Source: Thermoanaerobaculia bacterium (GTDB lineage: Bacteria; Acidobacteriota; Thermoanaerobaculia; Multivoradales; JAGPDF01). Taken from it: a stretch of 64,000 nt of DNA. Positions 35,991-45,974 of this stretch are shown here, one piece after another. The translations under genes were made by a program, and so were the position numbers. Below the pieces are notes generated by a model. That model made no database searches. It was not told where the DNA came from and saw only the letters and a program-made list of their open reading frames with translations. The stretch lies in the NCBI GenBank assembly GCA_963788175.1, contig CAWBFZ010000001.1:724804-788803 (forward strand), in the 5' to 3' direction. Within the stretch, counting starts at the first letter, position 1; every line of letters begins with the position of its first letter.

Positions 35991-38315
35991 TCAGCGCGCG
36001 TCGGGGCGTTCGCGGAAGAGGAGCCAGAGGGCGGCGGGCAGGATCGTGAAGTCGGCCAGCATGGCGAGGACGAAGGCCGCCGAGGTGACGATGCCGAACT
36101 GCCGCATCGGGGGCAGGTTCGACAGCACCAGGGCGAGGAAGCCGCCGGCGTTGATCAGGGTGGCGAAGAGGATCGGATGGCCGGCGACCCGGATCGAGTG
36201 CGCAAGCGCCTGCTCCGTGGTCGCACCGCTGCGGTGTTCCTGGAAGTGATAGAAGAAGTGGATCTGGTCGTTCTCCGTGGCGCCGAGCACCGTCGTGGCG
36301 ATGAGGATCGTCGCGACGTTCAGCGGGATGCCCGTGATCCGCATGAACAGGAACATGACGAGGATGGCGAACAGCGACGGCAGCATCGCGGTCAGGCGGG
36401 CCGGGCCACTGCGGAACACCAGCAGGAAGGTGAAGAAGATGATCGCGAAGGTGATCGTGAAACTGTGCACCAGGGTCGGCACCAGTTGCGCAGCGATCGT
36501 CGCCTGCAGGACGCCGCTGCCGACCAGCCGGTAGGAGAAGTCCTGCAAGGCCGGTGACGACGACGATGCCCGCCGCCAGGCCGCGTCCACCCCTGCGCGC
36601 AGGGCGCCGAGTCCGCCGGGATCGCCGGCGCGAGCGGTCACGGTGAGATAGGTCGCCTGCAGGTTCGTCGTGTCCACCCACTGCCGCAGCGTCGGCTCGA
36701 CCAGCAGCAGTTGCTCGAGGTCGGCCGCCACCGCCGCCAGTCCGCTCTCGTCGCGCGGCAACGCTTCCCCGAGTCCCGCGGCGTAGCGCCGCAGGCGGAG
36801 CACCGCCGGGAGTCCCACCACCGAGCCCACTGCCGGTTCGGCCGCGAGCTCGTCGCTCAGGACGGCGAGGGCGGCGAGAGTCCGGGGCTCCAGCACCGCG
36901 CCGGCCGGCGTCGTCACCAGCAGCGCGACGGAGGTGAGTCCGACGACCTGGTCGGTGAAGGCGCGGGTGTCGCGGGCGGCGGGGAGATCGGGATCGACGT
37001 AGTCCAGGGCATTGACCTGCAACCGCATCGGCGACACCAGTCCAGGGAGGCCGACGAGGGCGACCAGACCGGCGACGGAGAGCACCGCGGCACCGGCGAG
37101 AATCCCCCACCGCCGCGCATAGGACCAGCGCGGCAGGAGATCGGCGACGCGGGCCACCCAGCCGCCCGAAACCGCGCGCTCACGGCGGGTCGGGGTGCGG
37201 AAGAGGAGCTGCAGGGCCGGGTAGAGGGTGAAGCAGACGACCCAGCCGAGGAGCAGGCCGGTTGCGGTCCAGATGCCGAGTTGCCGGATCGGCAGGATCT
37301 CCGAGACCGCCAGCGCCGCGAAGCCGACCGCCGCTGCGAAGACGGAGGCCGAGACGGCGAGGAACTTGTTCTGCAGCGCGAACACCCGATGCGCGTCGAG
37401 ATTCGCACCGGCGCTCTGGTCGACGAAGCGCGAGTGCAGGTAAACCAGGCTCGCCGTGGCCGTCACCATCAGCGTCAGCGGCACGAGGGACGACACGATC
37501 GTGAAGCCGAACCCGAGCAGGCCGCCGACCGCCACACCGAGCAGCACGGCCATGCCGAGACTCACCAGAATCGCGGCGAGGGCCCGCCATGAGCGATAGA
37601 GCCCCAGCACCAGCAGCACGACGAAGACCCCGAACAGGGGGAAGAAACGCACCGTGGCCGCCGCCGTCTCCCTCTCCAGCCAGGAGTCCAGCCACGGCGC
37701 GCCGACCCGGCCGACGCCGGTGATGCGGCCTGGCCCCTGGCGGCCGGCCCCTCCTCCATCCAGGCTCGTGGCGATGGCAGCGTCGATGCCGGCGAGGGCC
37801 GCGTCCCGCTCGGCGGACCCCGCCACATCGAGGGCCGCGACGACACCCCAGAAATCGTTGCCGACGAGACCCTGGGCGCGAAAGAAACCGGTCCCCTCGA
37901 CGAAGCGTCGAAACGCCGCCGAATCGTGAGCCTCTTCCGGCTTCCCGGCGGCACCGGGATGCAGGCGCTCCCAGACGGTGAGCACCGAATACGGCACCAC
38001 CTTCGGCACGCTGCCGAGTTCCTTGTGCAGCGCTGCGAGCCCGGCGATCGCCGCGGCAGAAAACGGCTCCGGCGTCCGGGCGATGAGGATCACCATGGGC
38101 TGCTCGGGGAAGAGGCGCTGGAACTCCCGGGTGGCCAGGACATCGGGGTTGCCGGCGACCACCATGCGCTCGAGAGCGTTGTCGCGCGGAATGCGCAGCG
38201 CGAGCACCAGCGCTCCCGGGAGGAGCAGGGCGTAGAGGGCGACGACGATCCACCGTGCGCGGAGGAGGCGCGCGAAGAGCGACTCGAGGCGCGAGCCGGG
38301 GGTTGATGTCATCAT
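35991..38315 (-). CDS. MMPL/RND family lipid transporter (BstA-like)
   Basis: Two repeats of 1 TM + periplasmic loop + 5 TM; 'GATENDQIHF', 'GFLALVLSNLPPMRQFG'. Confidence 0.85.
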   Translation of the reverse strand: MMTSTPGSRLESLFARLLRARWIVVALYALLLPGALVLALRIPRDNALERMVVAGNPDVLATREFQRLFPEQPMVILIARTPEPFSAAAIAGLAALHKELGSVPKVVPYSVLTVWERLHPGAAGKPEEAHDSAAFRRFVEGTGFFRAQGLVGNDFWGVVAALDVAGSAERDAALAGIDAAIATSLDGGGAGRQGPGRITGVGRVGAPWLDSWLERETAAATVRFFPLFGVFVVLLVLGLYRSWRALAAILVSLGMAVLLGVAVGGLLGFGFTIVSSLVPLTLMVTATASLVYLHSRFVDQSAGANLDAHRVFALQNKFLAVSASVFAAAVGFAALAVSEILPIRQLGIWTATGLLLGWVVCFTLYPALQLLFRTPTRRERAVSGGWVARVADLLPRWSYARRWGILAGAAVLSVAGLVALVGLPGLVSPMRLQVNALDYVDPDLPAARDTRAFTDQVVGLTSVALLVTTPAGAVLEPRTLAALAVLSDELAAEPAVGSVVGLPAVLRLRRYAAGLGEALPRDESGLAAVAADLEQLLLVEPTLRQWVDTTNLQATYLTVTARAGDPGGLGALRAGVDAAWRRASSSSPALQDFSYRLVGSGVLQATIAAQLVPTLVHSFTITFAIIFFTFLLVFRSGPARLTAMLPSLFAILVMFLFMRITGIPLNVATILIATTVLGATENDQIHFFYHFQEHRSGATTEQALAHSIRVAGHPILFATLINAGGFLALVLSNLPPMRQFGIVTSAAFVLAMLADFTILPAALWLLFRERPDAR

Positions 38316-38346
38316 CCAGCGGCATCTTACCGGGCAGGAGAGCGCC

Positions 38347-39252
38347 ATGCGGGAGCCGCACGCGGAATCGTCGACGGGAAGACCGCTCGTCCACCATCGG
38401 ATCGCACTGGCTGCAATGGTGCTGCTGGCGATCGGGTCGTTTTCCGGCTCCGCCCAGACCACGTCCGCCGCAGGGCCACGACTCCTCGTCGTCTGCGCAC
38501 CGGGCTATCCGGGTTCGACGCTCGAAGCGCAGCCGGCGATGGACGCGCTGGCCGGCGCCATCACGATGGCAGCGGGCTGGAAGGAAGGCGAGCTCACTGC
38601 GGCCTACTTCGAAAGCGAAAAGGCCGGCCTCGCCCGGCTCGCCGAGCCGGCAGCGACTCTCGCCCTCGTGCCGCTGAACTTTTTTCTCGCCCACCGCGAA
38701 GGCCTGAAGCTCGTCCCCCTGGTGCAGGCGATCCAACAGGGCGGCGAAGCCGCGGAGGCTTGGAGCCTGGTGGCGGCCAGGGGCGCGGTGACCGGACCTG
38801 CGAGCCTCGCTGGCTACGAGTTGGTGAGTCTGGCGGGCAACACGCCGCGCTTCGTGCGCGGGCCGGCGCTCGGAGCCTGGGGGAAGCTCCCGGAGGATCT
38901 GAAGATCGTCTTCTCGGGCGCGCTGCTCTCGGGACTGCGCCGCGCGGCCGCCGGCGAGAAGGTCGCGCTGCTGCTCGATCGGGCCCAGGCGGGAGCGCTC
39001 GCGACCCTGCCCTCGGCGCCGCAGCTCGAGGTGGTGACGCGCTCCCCTCCCCTGCCGGTGTCCGTGCTGTGCGCCATCGGCAACCGCCTGCCCGCTCCCC
39101 GGCTCGATGGCCTCGTCCAGGTACTCACTCAGCTGGCTGCTTCTCCGGCGGGTGCCGAAGCTCTCGCTGGCGTACGCCTTGCCCGCTTCGTTCCGGCCGA
39201 GGCGAAGTCCCTGGCCAGCGCCAGCGACGCCTACGCACGCGTCAAGGAGTGA
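38347..39252 (+). CDS. PhnD-like periplasmic substrate-binding protein (BstB-like)
   Basis: Signal peptide; 'VVCAPGYPGS..EAQPAMD', 'LVPLVQA', 'VTRSPPLP'; type II binding-protein character. BstB assignment rests partly on gene context. Confidence 0.65.
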   Translation: MREPHAESSTGRPLVHHRIALAAMVLLAIGSFSGSAQTTSAAGPRLLVVCAPGYPGSTLEAQPAMDALAGAITMAAGWKEGELTAAYFESEKAGLARLAEPAATLALVPLNFFLAHREGLKLVPLVQAIQQGGEAAEAWSLVAARGAVTGPASLAGYELVSLAGNTPRFVRGPALGAWGKLPEDLKIVFSGALLSGLRRAAAGEKVALLLDRAQAGALATLPSAPQLEVVTRSPPLPVSVLCAIGNRLPAPRLDGLVQVLTQLAASPAGAEALAGVRLARFVPAEAKSLASASDAYARVKE

Positions 39253-39253
39253 T

Positions 39254-40096
39254 GTGCGGCCGCTTCCCGAACTTGCGCTCGCCCTGACCGCTCTCCTCCT
39301 CGCGGGGTGCGCCTCGGCTCTGCGAACTCCACCGCCAGTGGAAGCGATTGGCGCCCGCGGCAAGATCTCCCGGGCCAGCGCAACCCCCTCGACGGACACC
39401 CCGCAGCCCGCCGAGGTGCCCGGTCTGCTCGAGCGGGCTTCGGCGGCCTTCGCGCAACGCCCCGACGCTGTCGCGGTGACTCAGGCAAGAGAGCTCTATC
39501 TCACTGCCGCTCGCGCCGACGAGACTGGAATGGAAGGCCTGCTGGGCGCGGCCGTCGCCGGCGCCTGGTTGATCGAGCATGAGTCCGACCGCGCCCGCCG
39601 CAGCGAGCTCGCCACCGAGGGTGTGCAGGTCAGCCAGTGGTGCCGCGAGCGCGCTCCGGATCGCATCGACTGCGACTATCGGTTGGCCCTGGCCCTCGGC
39701 CAGCAGGCGCGGGAGCGCCCGGCCACCGCGGTGGACGCGCTGCCCAGAATCGTCGAACTGCTGACCGCGGTCGTCGCTGCGGCGCCGAACCTCGACGAGG
39801 CCGGGGGTCACCGCGTCCTCGCCCTCGTGCTGCTGCGCGCGCCCGGCTGGCCGGCCGGACCCGGAGATCCGGAGCAGGGGCTCGCGCACGCCCGTGAGGC
39901 AGTGCGACTCTCCCCCGCCTTCCCACCGAACCTCCTGGCGCTGGCCGAAGCGCTCGCCACCAGCGGGGACACGGCAGGAGCGCGCCAGACGTTCGCCCGG
40001 GCCGCAGAGCTGGCGCGGCAGCGGCTCGCCGCCGGCGACCCCGACGCGGGCGAATGGATCGACCAGGCGGCGCGCGCCGCGGCCGCCCTGCGGTGA
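39254..40096 (+). CDS. TatT/TPR-like helical lipoprotein (BstC-like)
   Basis: GTG start right after the upstream stop; lipobox 'LLAGC'; 'CDYRLALALGQQARER', 'AGGHRVLALVLLRAPGWP.GPGD', 'FPPNLLALAEAL'. Confidence 0.7.
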   Translation: MRPLPELALALTALLLAGCASALRTPPPVEAIGARGKISRASATPSTDTPQPAEVPGLLERASAAFAQRPDAVAVTQARELYLTAARADETGMEGLLGAAVAGAWLIEHESDRARRSELATEGVQVSQWCRERAPDRIDCDYRLALALGQQARERPATAVDALPRIVELLTAVVAAAPNLDEAGGHRVLALVLLRAPGWPAGPGDPEQGLAHAREAVRLSPAFPPNLLALAEALATSGDTAGARQTFARAAELARQRLAAGDPDAGEWIDQAARAAAALR

Positions 40097-40100
40097 TGCG

Positions 40101-40867
40101 CTAGAAGAGGAACGGCACCAGCGCCCGCCGCGCGCGCGGGTAGTCGGTGAAGGTGGCGCGATACCAACGATGATGCTCCACCGCGCGCGGCACCAGGTTC
40201 GCCAGGGTCCAGGCGAGGAAAGCGAAGCCCGGGAGCGCTCCCATCACGATTGCGAACCCGGTCCACTCGACGATCTCACCGAAGTAGTTGGGGCAGGAGA
40301 CGAAGCGGAAGAGCCCGCCCTGCGGCACCCGGTAGCCGCTCCGACTTCCCGCCGCAGGCGGCGCAGGATCGCATCGGAGTGCAGGTTGATCGCCGCGCCG
40401 ACGACGAAGAGCACCAGCCCGATCGCGACGCGCGGCTCGGCAAGCCGAAGCGGCATCGGCGACGGCGCCAGCTCCCCGAGCCAGAGTCCCTGCAGCGAGC
40501 CGTTGACCAGGTTGAAGAAGACCGCCGACAGGACGATCGACAGCGGCATTGGGTGCGAGGCGCGCGGCAGCCGCAGCGGAAAGACCAACGTGCGATTCAC
40601 GTAGTGCGCGACGAACATCGCCCCGAGCAGCCCCGAGTAAACGTCGAGCGGCCGCGAGCCGAGCGCCAGGCCGAGCCCGACGAGCAGCAGCGCCGGCGCT
40701 TCCATGACCATCCAGCCGAGCCGCGCCGGGACCTGCGGCCCCCACCCGGCGCGCAGGTGACGGCCGTACGGCGCGGTGACGAAGAAGAGCGCCACGAACA
40801 CCACAGCGGCAAGGCCGATCCAGGTCCAGTTGAAAGCAGCGAAGAATCCGGGATCGATCGTCGGCAT
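40101..40867 (-). CDS. 3-oxo-5-alpha-steroid 4-dehydrogenase (steroid 5-alpha-reductase, SRD5A family); one frameshift near 40345
   Basis: 'APYGRH', 'GWMVMEAP', 'HYVNRT', 'NLHSDAILRRLR', 'YRVPQGGLFRFVSCPNYFGEIVEW', 'NLVPRA..HHRWY', 'YPRARRALVPF'. Confidence 0.9.
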
Positions 40868-40888
40868 CCTCTCGCGTCTCTCAGCCGG

Positions 40889-41875
40889 TCAGTTCGCAGT
40901 CAGGCATCCGTGCTCGCCCAGCCAGACGACGCTGTCACGGATCGTCTCGGCGAACGGCCGCGGCGCGTGGCCCACCTCCAGGCGGGCCTTCGTGCCGTCG
41001 ACCTGACGGCTCAGCCGGATCGCCCTTAGCGACTCCGCAGTGTAGAGCGCCGCGCGGCCGAGGACTTTGCCGAAGATGGTGACGAACGGCACGCCGAGCC
41101 GCGCGGCCCAGAGCGGCGCGACGAACCGCGGCGCAGGCACGCCCGTGGCGCGCGCCACCTCGCCGGCGAACCCGGCGATGGGCAGCCAGTGGCCGGAGAC
41201 GAGATAGCGCTCCCCCGGTCGGCCCCGGTCGCCGGCGGCCAGCGCGGCCCTCGCGACGTCGCGCACGTCCACCCAGTCGAAGCCGCCGGCGACCAGCGCC
41301 GGCATCTGCCGGCGCGCCAGCGCGACGATCAGCCGGCCGGTAGGCGATGGCTTGAAGTCGAACGGACCGACGATCGCCGTCGGATTGAGAATGACGACCT
41401 CGAGCCCGCGCGCCGCCGCCGCCAGGACTTCGCGCTCGCCCGCCGCCTTGGATCGGTCATAGGCCGGCGCTCCGCGCTCGACGACGAGAGGCTGCGTTTC
41501 GTCCATCGGATGGTCGGCGCGCGAGCTCTCGAGCGCATGGATCGAGCTGAAATGCACCAGCCGCCGCACGCCGGCCGCGAGGCAGGCCGCCGCGACGTGC
41601 CGCGTGCCAAGCACATTCACCCGCTCGACAATGCCATCCGGGTCGCCGGCGATCGACACCTCCGCCGCCGCATGGAAGACGACCTCCGTCCCAGCCACCA
41701 GCGGCGCGAGCGCAGCCGGATCGAGCAGGTCGCCGGAAACCCTGTCGACCGCAAGCCCGCGCACCGCGCGGTCGTCGGCGCGCAGCAGCACCCGCACCTC
41801 GTCGCCGCGGGCGAGGAGCGCCCGCACGAGGTTCGCCCCCACGTGGCCCGACGCCCCGGTCACCGCAACGCGCAC
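40889..41875 (-). CDS. Extended SDR / NAD-dependent epimerase-dehydratase (3-beta-HSD/HpnA-like)
   Basis: 'TGASGHVG', 'FHAAA', 'NVLGT', 'HFSS', catalytic 'YDRSK', 'DVRDVA'. Confidence 0.85.
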   Translation of the reverse strand: MRVAVTGASGHVGANLVRALLARGDEVRVLLRADDRAVRGLAVDRVSGDLLDPAALAPLVAGTEVVFHAAAEVSIAGDPDGIVERVNVLGTRHVAAACLAAGVRRLVHFSSIHALESSRADHPMDETQPLVVERGAPAYDRSKAAGEREVLAAAARGLEVVILNPTAIVGPFDFKPSPTGRLIVALARRQMPALVAGGFDWVDVRDVARAALAAGDRGRPGERYLVSGHWLPIAGFAGEVARATGVPAPRFVAPLWAARLGVPFVTIFGKVLGRAALYTAESLRAIRLSRQVDGTKARLEVGHAPRPFAETIRDSVVWLGEHGCLTAN

Positions 41876-42035
41876 GATCGCTCCTTCGGTCCCACAGGCT
41901 CCATGTTCGGCCGAGCATGAAGCCTCCTTGAAGGCGGAGCAAATGCTCAATTCTCGGCCGCCTTTTCGCCGGATTGCGACAGACGCCAGTTGGGCGTATG
42001 GTACTGCTCCATTTCCAATGGGGGGGGTTGAAGTC

Positions 42036-42794
42036 ATGCGAAAAGCGATGTGTGTCGTGGTGGGCGCAGCTCTGCTGAGTGTGGCGCCGGTTCTGGCGCA
42101 GAAGAGTCCGGAGGTCTGCCAGATTACAGTCTGGAAGGCGAAGCCGGGCGCCGGCGCGGCCTGGGCCGAGGGGCGCAAGAAGCACATGGAGTTCCACAAG
42201 CAGCAGAAGGACGCCTTCGGCTGGTACACCTGGGAGGTCATCAACGGCGATCGGGCCGGCAACTTCATCACCGGCACGTTCGACCACTACTGGAAGGACT
42301 ACGACGGCCGCGAGGCCTTCGACGCGCTCGACGCTGCAGACATTGCGAAGACCTCCGGTCCCGCGACCGAGTCGAGCTCCGACGGCTACTGGATCCACAT
42401 GGGCGCCGCCAGCCGCAACGAGCCGGGGGCGACCGGGCCGTCGAAGTACTCGCAGCTCGTGCACTACTACGTCCGGATCGCCGACGTGCCGCGCTTCGAG
42501 GACGCTCTCGAAACGATCACAGCTGAGCTCAACAAGACCACCTGGAAGACGTACTCCAGCTGGTATCGCCTGGCGAGCGGCGGCGACGGACCGCATTACG
42601 TCCTCTCGACCCGGCGCAACAGCTTCGCCGACTTCGCTCCGCCGGAAAAGGGTCTGCTCTCGGTCCTGACCGATTCGATGGGCGCGATCAAGGCGACCGC
42701 CCTCCTCGACGTCGTCCGCGGCAGCACCGAACGGCTCTACAGCGAGCTCATCCAGTACCGTCCCGATCTGAGCTACACCCCGACCGCAAAGTAG
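42036..42794 (+). CDS. Secreted hypothetical protein
   Basis: Intact ORF with signal peptide and typical codon usage; followed by a terminator. Confidence 0.75.
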   Translation: MRKAMCVVVGAALLSVAPVLAQKSPEVCQITVWKAKPGAGAAWAEGRKKHMEFHKQQKDAFGWYTWEVINGDRAGNFITGTFDHYWKDYDGREAFDALDAADIAKTSGPATESSSDGYWIHMGAASRNEPGATGPSKYSQLVHYYVRIADVPRFEDALETITAELNKTTWKTYSSWYRLASGGDGPHYVLSTRRNSFADFAPPEKGLLSVLTDSMGAIKATALLDVVRGSTERLYSELIQYRPDLSYTPTAK

Positions 42795-42844
42795 AAGCTG
42801 ACTTTCGGAGTCGCCGCTGACGATTGTCGGGCGACGTGAACTGC

Positions 42845-42877
42845 AAAGGGGCCGCTCGCGAGAGCGGCCCCTTTTTT
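42845..42877 (+). terminator. Rho-independent terminator (possibly bidirectional)
   Basis: AAAGGGGCCGCTC-GCGA-GAGCGGCCCCTTTTTT between convergent genes. Confidence 0.9.
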
Positions 42878-42967
42878 CGTTCGGGCCCTGGTGCCGGCGA
42901 CAACTGGTTGGCAGCCGGATCGGGCTTGCCTCTGCCTCACTGCCGGGTCGACCAGCGCTAGTCCTCT

Positions 42968-43060
42968 CTACTTCTTCTTGTCCTTCTTCTTGCTGTCCTG
43001 GCCGCTCTTCTTCTGCTTGTCGTTCTTCGCTTTGTCCTTCTTGCCGCCCTTGTCACCCAT
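42968..43060 (-). CDS. 30-aa Lys-rich small protein MGDKGGKKDKAKNDKQKKSGQDSKKKDKKK
   Basis: AAGGAGA RBS upstream of the ATG; mostly AAG/GAC codons; below the ORF-track size cut-off. Confidence 0.65.
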   Translation of the reverse strand: MGDKGGKKDKAKNDKQKKSGQDSKKKDKKK

Positions 43061-43281
43061 GTCGGTCTCCTTGGTGTCGTCACGCCAAACGTTCCGATTC
43101 CCGGGGCACCGCGACGCTCCGGCCTTCGAGGCGGTCTATCCTAGTGACTCTCGATCCGAAACGAAACAGGTGCGAGCCGACTTGCGGGCGTCCGAACTCG
43201 AGCAGCTTGCGATTCGGCCGGCACTTCGATCGCTCACCGCGACTCGCACGATCGCTCCCGAACCGCCCTGGCGGGCCGATC

Positions 43282-43400
43282 CTACGGGCAGCCGCCGCCC
43301 ACCGTCGCGGTCCAGTTGCAAGCGCTGCCGACTTCAAAGTCGTCGCGGAAGATCTCCTCGCCCAACAGGTACGAACGGATCTCCCCGCCAGACGATCTTC
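43282..43400 (-). pseudogene. 3' remnant of a secreted-protein gene ending 'EIFRDDFEVGSACNWTATVGGGCP*'
   Basis: Tail resembles the 'LFADGFES....W' end of the M28 peptidase; in-frame TGA just upstream and no start codon. Confidence 0.5.
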
Positions 43401-43607
43401 GTCATCGGCGCCCCCCCAAGTCGCATCGTAGGACTGCGCTCCAGACCGGTCAACAGGGCCGATTCCCCGCCGCGGGAGCGCGAGACCTGACCGGCGGAGT
43501 TGTGGCGATCCTCGCCCTCAGGCGCAGCGGAGTTTCCGCTCTCGTGCTGTCGCTGGCAAGCATCGCTTTCCAATAGGTTCGGCGCAGCGCCTGACCGCTC
43601 GCCTCGA

Positions 43608-43656
43608 GACTGGTGCCGGAGCCCGGGCTCGAACCTGGACGTCCCTTTCGGAACGG
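43608..43656 (-). repeat. Degenerate copy of the tRNA-Leu 3' half (att-like direct repeat)
   Basis: 45/49 nt identical to 47523-47571, same orientation, includes the CCA end. Confidence 0.9.
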
Positions 43657-43793
43657 GCGACGCCAAGTCGGAACAAGGGATTTTTGGAGCTGCCCCGATT
43701 CGGTGGACATGGCCCTGGAGTAGGGTCGGCCGGTAGGGTCTCTCCCGGCTCCTTTTCCTGCCGGGGAGCGAGCCGGATGCGGAGAGTGCTGTC

Positions 43794-45890
43794 ATGGCGA
43801 GGCGTGCTCGGGACTGGAGCTCCATTGCGGTCGCCTTGCTCCTGTTCGGAGCGTGCGGCGTCATGGTCGTCCGCGGGTTGGCGGCGGCGGCAGATCCTGC
43901 GCTGCCGGTCGACGACGCCTACATCTCCTTCAGCTACGCCCGGACGTTGGCTGCCGGCGGCGGCCTCCGGCTCACGCCCGCAGCTGATCCCGTGGAGGGT
44001 TTCTCCAACCCGCTCTGGGTCGCCATCCTGAGCCTTGCCGGTGGGCTGGGCTCGAGCATCCCGCCGACCGCGGTCCTCCTGGCGCTCCTGGCCGCGGTGG
44101 CGACGGTGATCGCGGTGTTCGGGACGGCTCGCCTGCTCATGAAGGAACGCTGGCTGCCGCTGCTGGCGGCATGGGCCTTCGCGCTCGCTCCAGGCGTCGG
44201 CTTTCACATCGCAGCGGGACTCGAGACTCTCGTCGCCGGCCTGGCGCTGCTGCTCGCCTTCCGCTTCCTCGTCTCCGCCCCGCCAGGCGCGATGGACCGG
44301 AGAACGGCCGTCGCGCTGCTCGCTCTCGCGCTGCTCCGACCGGAGGGGGTGCTCGTCTTCCTCGCCTGGGTGGTCCTGCTGCGCCGGTCGGGCCGCCTCT
44401 CGGCGTCCGGCGTGCTCGTGTTCGCGATTCCCTTTGGCGCCTTCCTGCTCTTCCGCTGGGCCTACTTCGGCCAGCTGCTGCCCAACAGCGTCGCGGCGAA
44501 AATGGGTCTCGATGTCCTGACGGCTCTGCGTCTCGGACTGGCCTACCTGCTCGAGTTCGCAGGCAGGAACGCCCCGGTCATCGCGCTCGGCGCAGCGGGG
44601 ATGTGGTGGGCAAGGCGGCGAGACGCGCTCGCGGCCCTGGTTGCGTGCGCGACCTTGACCCTGCTGGCGCTCGGCGGGGCGCACGCCGATGGCTACCCTT
44701 TTCAGCGCTACCTGTTTCCCCTGCTGCCCATCCTCCTGGTGTTCGCGGCTCGCGGAGCCCGGGCGCTCTTCGAATTTGGCGAGCGGCGCGGACGCTCGGG
44801 TATCGCCGTCGCCGCCGCTGGCCTGGTGCTCGCAGTCGGCTTCCAGGCGATTCTCTGGGGAATCGCGGACCTGGAAGTGAGTCGACCGCGTTTCGCGCTC
44901 CTCGACGGTGGGCATGCCCGCCTCGAGGCGTCAGCGCAGGCAACGCGCCGGTTCATCGCTGGCGACCGCGTTCGCCCCGAGGTGTCGGAGCCGCCGTATC
45001 ACCAGCTGGCCGCGTGGCTGCGGGAGCGCGCCCAACCGGGCCAGCTCGTCGCCATGCAGGAGATCGGGATCACCTCCTACTATTCCGGACTCGAAGTCCT
45101 CGATACCTTCGGACTCGCCGACTCGCAGATCGCGACAGCCCAGGGTCCGCCGAGCGGCAAGGCGGCACCCGACTACGTGTTCGGGCGAGCACCGGAGTTC
45201 TTCGTCATCCGCCTCGCCCCAAACGGACTCCGGCCGGGGCTGCTCGCGGACCGTGTGTACGCGACCCAGCCCAGAATGGCGCTCGAGTATTCGCTGGCGC
45301 GGTGGTTCCCCGCCGCCGGACCCAGACTCATCGCCGTGTTCGTCCGTCGCGCCGGGTTGGCCACCGCCGTCTCTCTGGTCGACCGGGTGCCGGAGCCGGC
45401 CCGCTTCGCCAGCCCCGCACCTGCGTACCTCGGAGAAGCCTTGCAGCAAGAGCCTGCCGAGACGCCCGCGCTGGCGGCGGCCGGTCGCCTGCACTTCAAA
45501 CGCTGGCTCCGGGGTGTGCAGTGGAACCGGAACGATGTCGAGGGTGCCGCCACGCTGGCGGTGGACATCCCCGACGGGGGCACCCCGCTGTTCGAAGTGA
45601 CGATCGCCCCCGGCCGACAGGAAGCCGCCGGTCGCTACGAGATTTCGCTGGCACCGCTGCCCGGTGCGCCGCTGCCCGGTTCCCGGGAAGACGCCGTGTG
45701 GGCGAGCGCGGAGGCCGGCGACGGCGTCGCGGCTCGTGACCTGTCGGTGGACCTGTCGCGCTGGCGAGGCCAACGCGTCGGCGTGAAGCTCCGATTCGAG
45801 GCCACCGACCGCTCACGCGCGAGCTCGCCAGGGTGGTTGATCTGGATGGAACCGCGCCTCGTCGTCCTGCGAGGGGCGTCTGCCGGCTAG
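43794..45890 (+). CDS. Polytopic membrane protein, GT-C-type glycosyltransferase-like
   Basis: 'DDAYISFSYARTL..G.GL', 'VEGFSNPLW', 'GLET', 'RPEG', 'YFGQLLPNS', 'RYLFP', 'DTFGLAD'. Confidence 0.7.
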   Translation: MARRARDWSSIAVALLLFGACGVMVVRGLAAAADPALPVDDAYISFSYARTLAAGGGLRLTPAADPVEGFSNPLWVAILSLAGGLGSSIPPTAVLLALLAAVATVIAVFGTARLLMKERWLPLLAAWAFALAPGVGFHIAAGLETLVAGLALLLAFRFLVSAPPGAMDRRTAVALLALALLRPEGVLVFLAWVVLLRRSGRLSASGVLVFAIPFGAFLLFRWAYFGQLLPNSVAAKMGLDVLTALRLGLAYLLEFAGRNAPVIALGAAGMWWARRRDALAALVACATLTLLALGGAHADGYPFQRYLFPLLPILLVFAARGARALFEFGERRGRSGIAVAAAGLVLAVGFQAILWGIADLEVSRPRFALLDGGHARLEASAQATRRFIAGDRVRPEVSEPPYHQLAAWLRERAQPGQLVAMQEIGITSYYSGLEVLDTFGLADSQIATAQGPPSGKAAPDYVFGRAPEFFVIRLAPNGLRPGLLADRVYATQPRMALEYSLARWFPAAGPRLIAVFVRRAGLATAVSLVDRVPEPARFASPAPAYLGEALQQEPAETPALAAAGRLHFKRWLRGVQWNRNDVEGAATLAVDIPDGGTPLFEVTIAPGRQEAAGRYEISLAPLPGAPLPGSREDAVWASAEAGDGVAARDLSVDLSRWRGQRVGVKLRFEATDRSRASSPGWLIWMEPRLVVLRGASAG

Positions 45891-45974
45891 CTCACGCCCG
45901 CTGACGGGATCGCGCCGCGGCTCGAAGAAGTAGAGGCGACGCCGGATTGAGCTGCGTCGTCACCTCGAACCGCG

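Noticed and set aside
43611-43700. A second complete tRNA-Leu gene
   Set aside because: Similarity stops at the variable arm; no anticodon arm, D arm or 5' acceptor strand.
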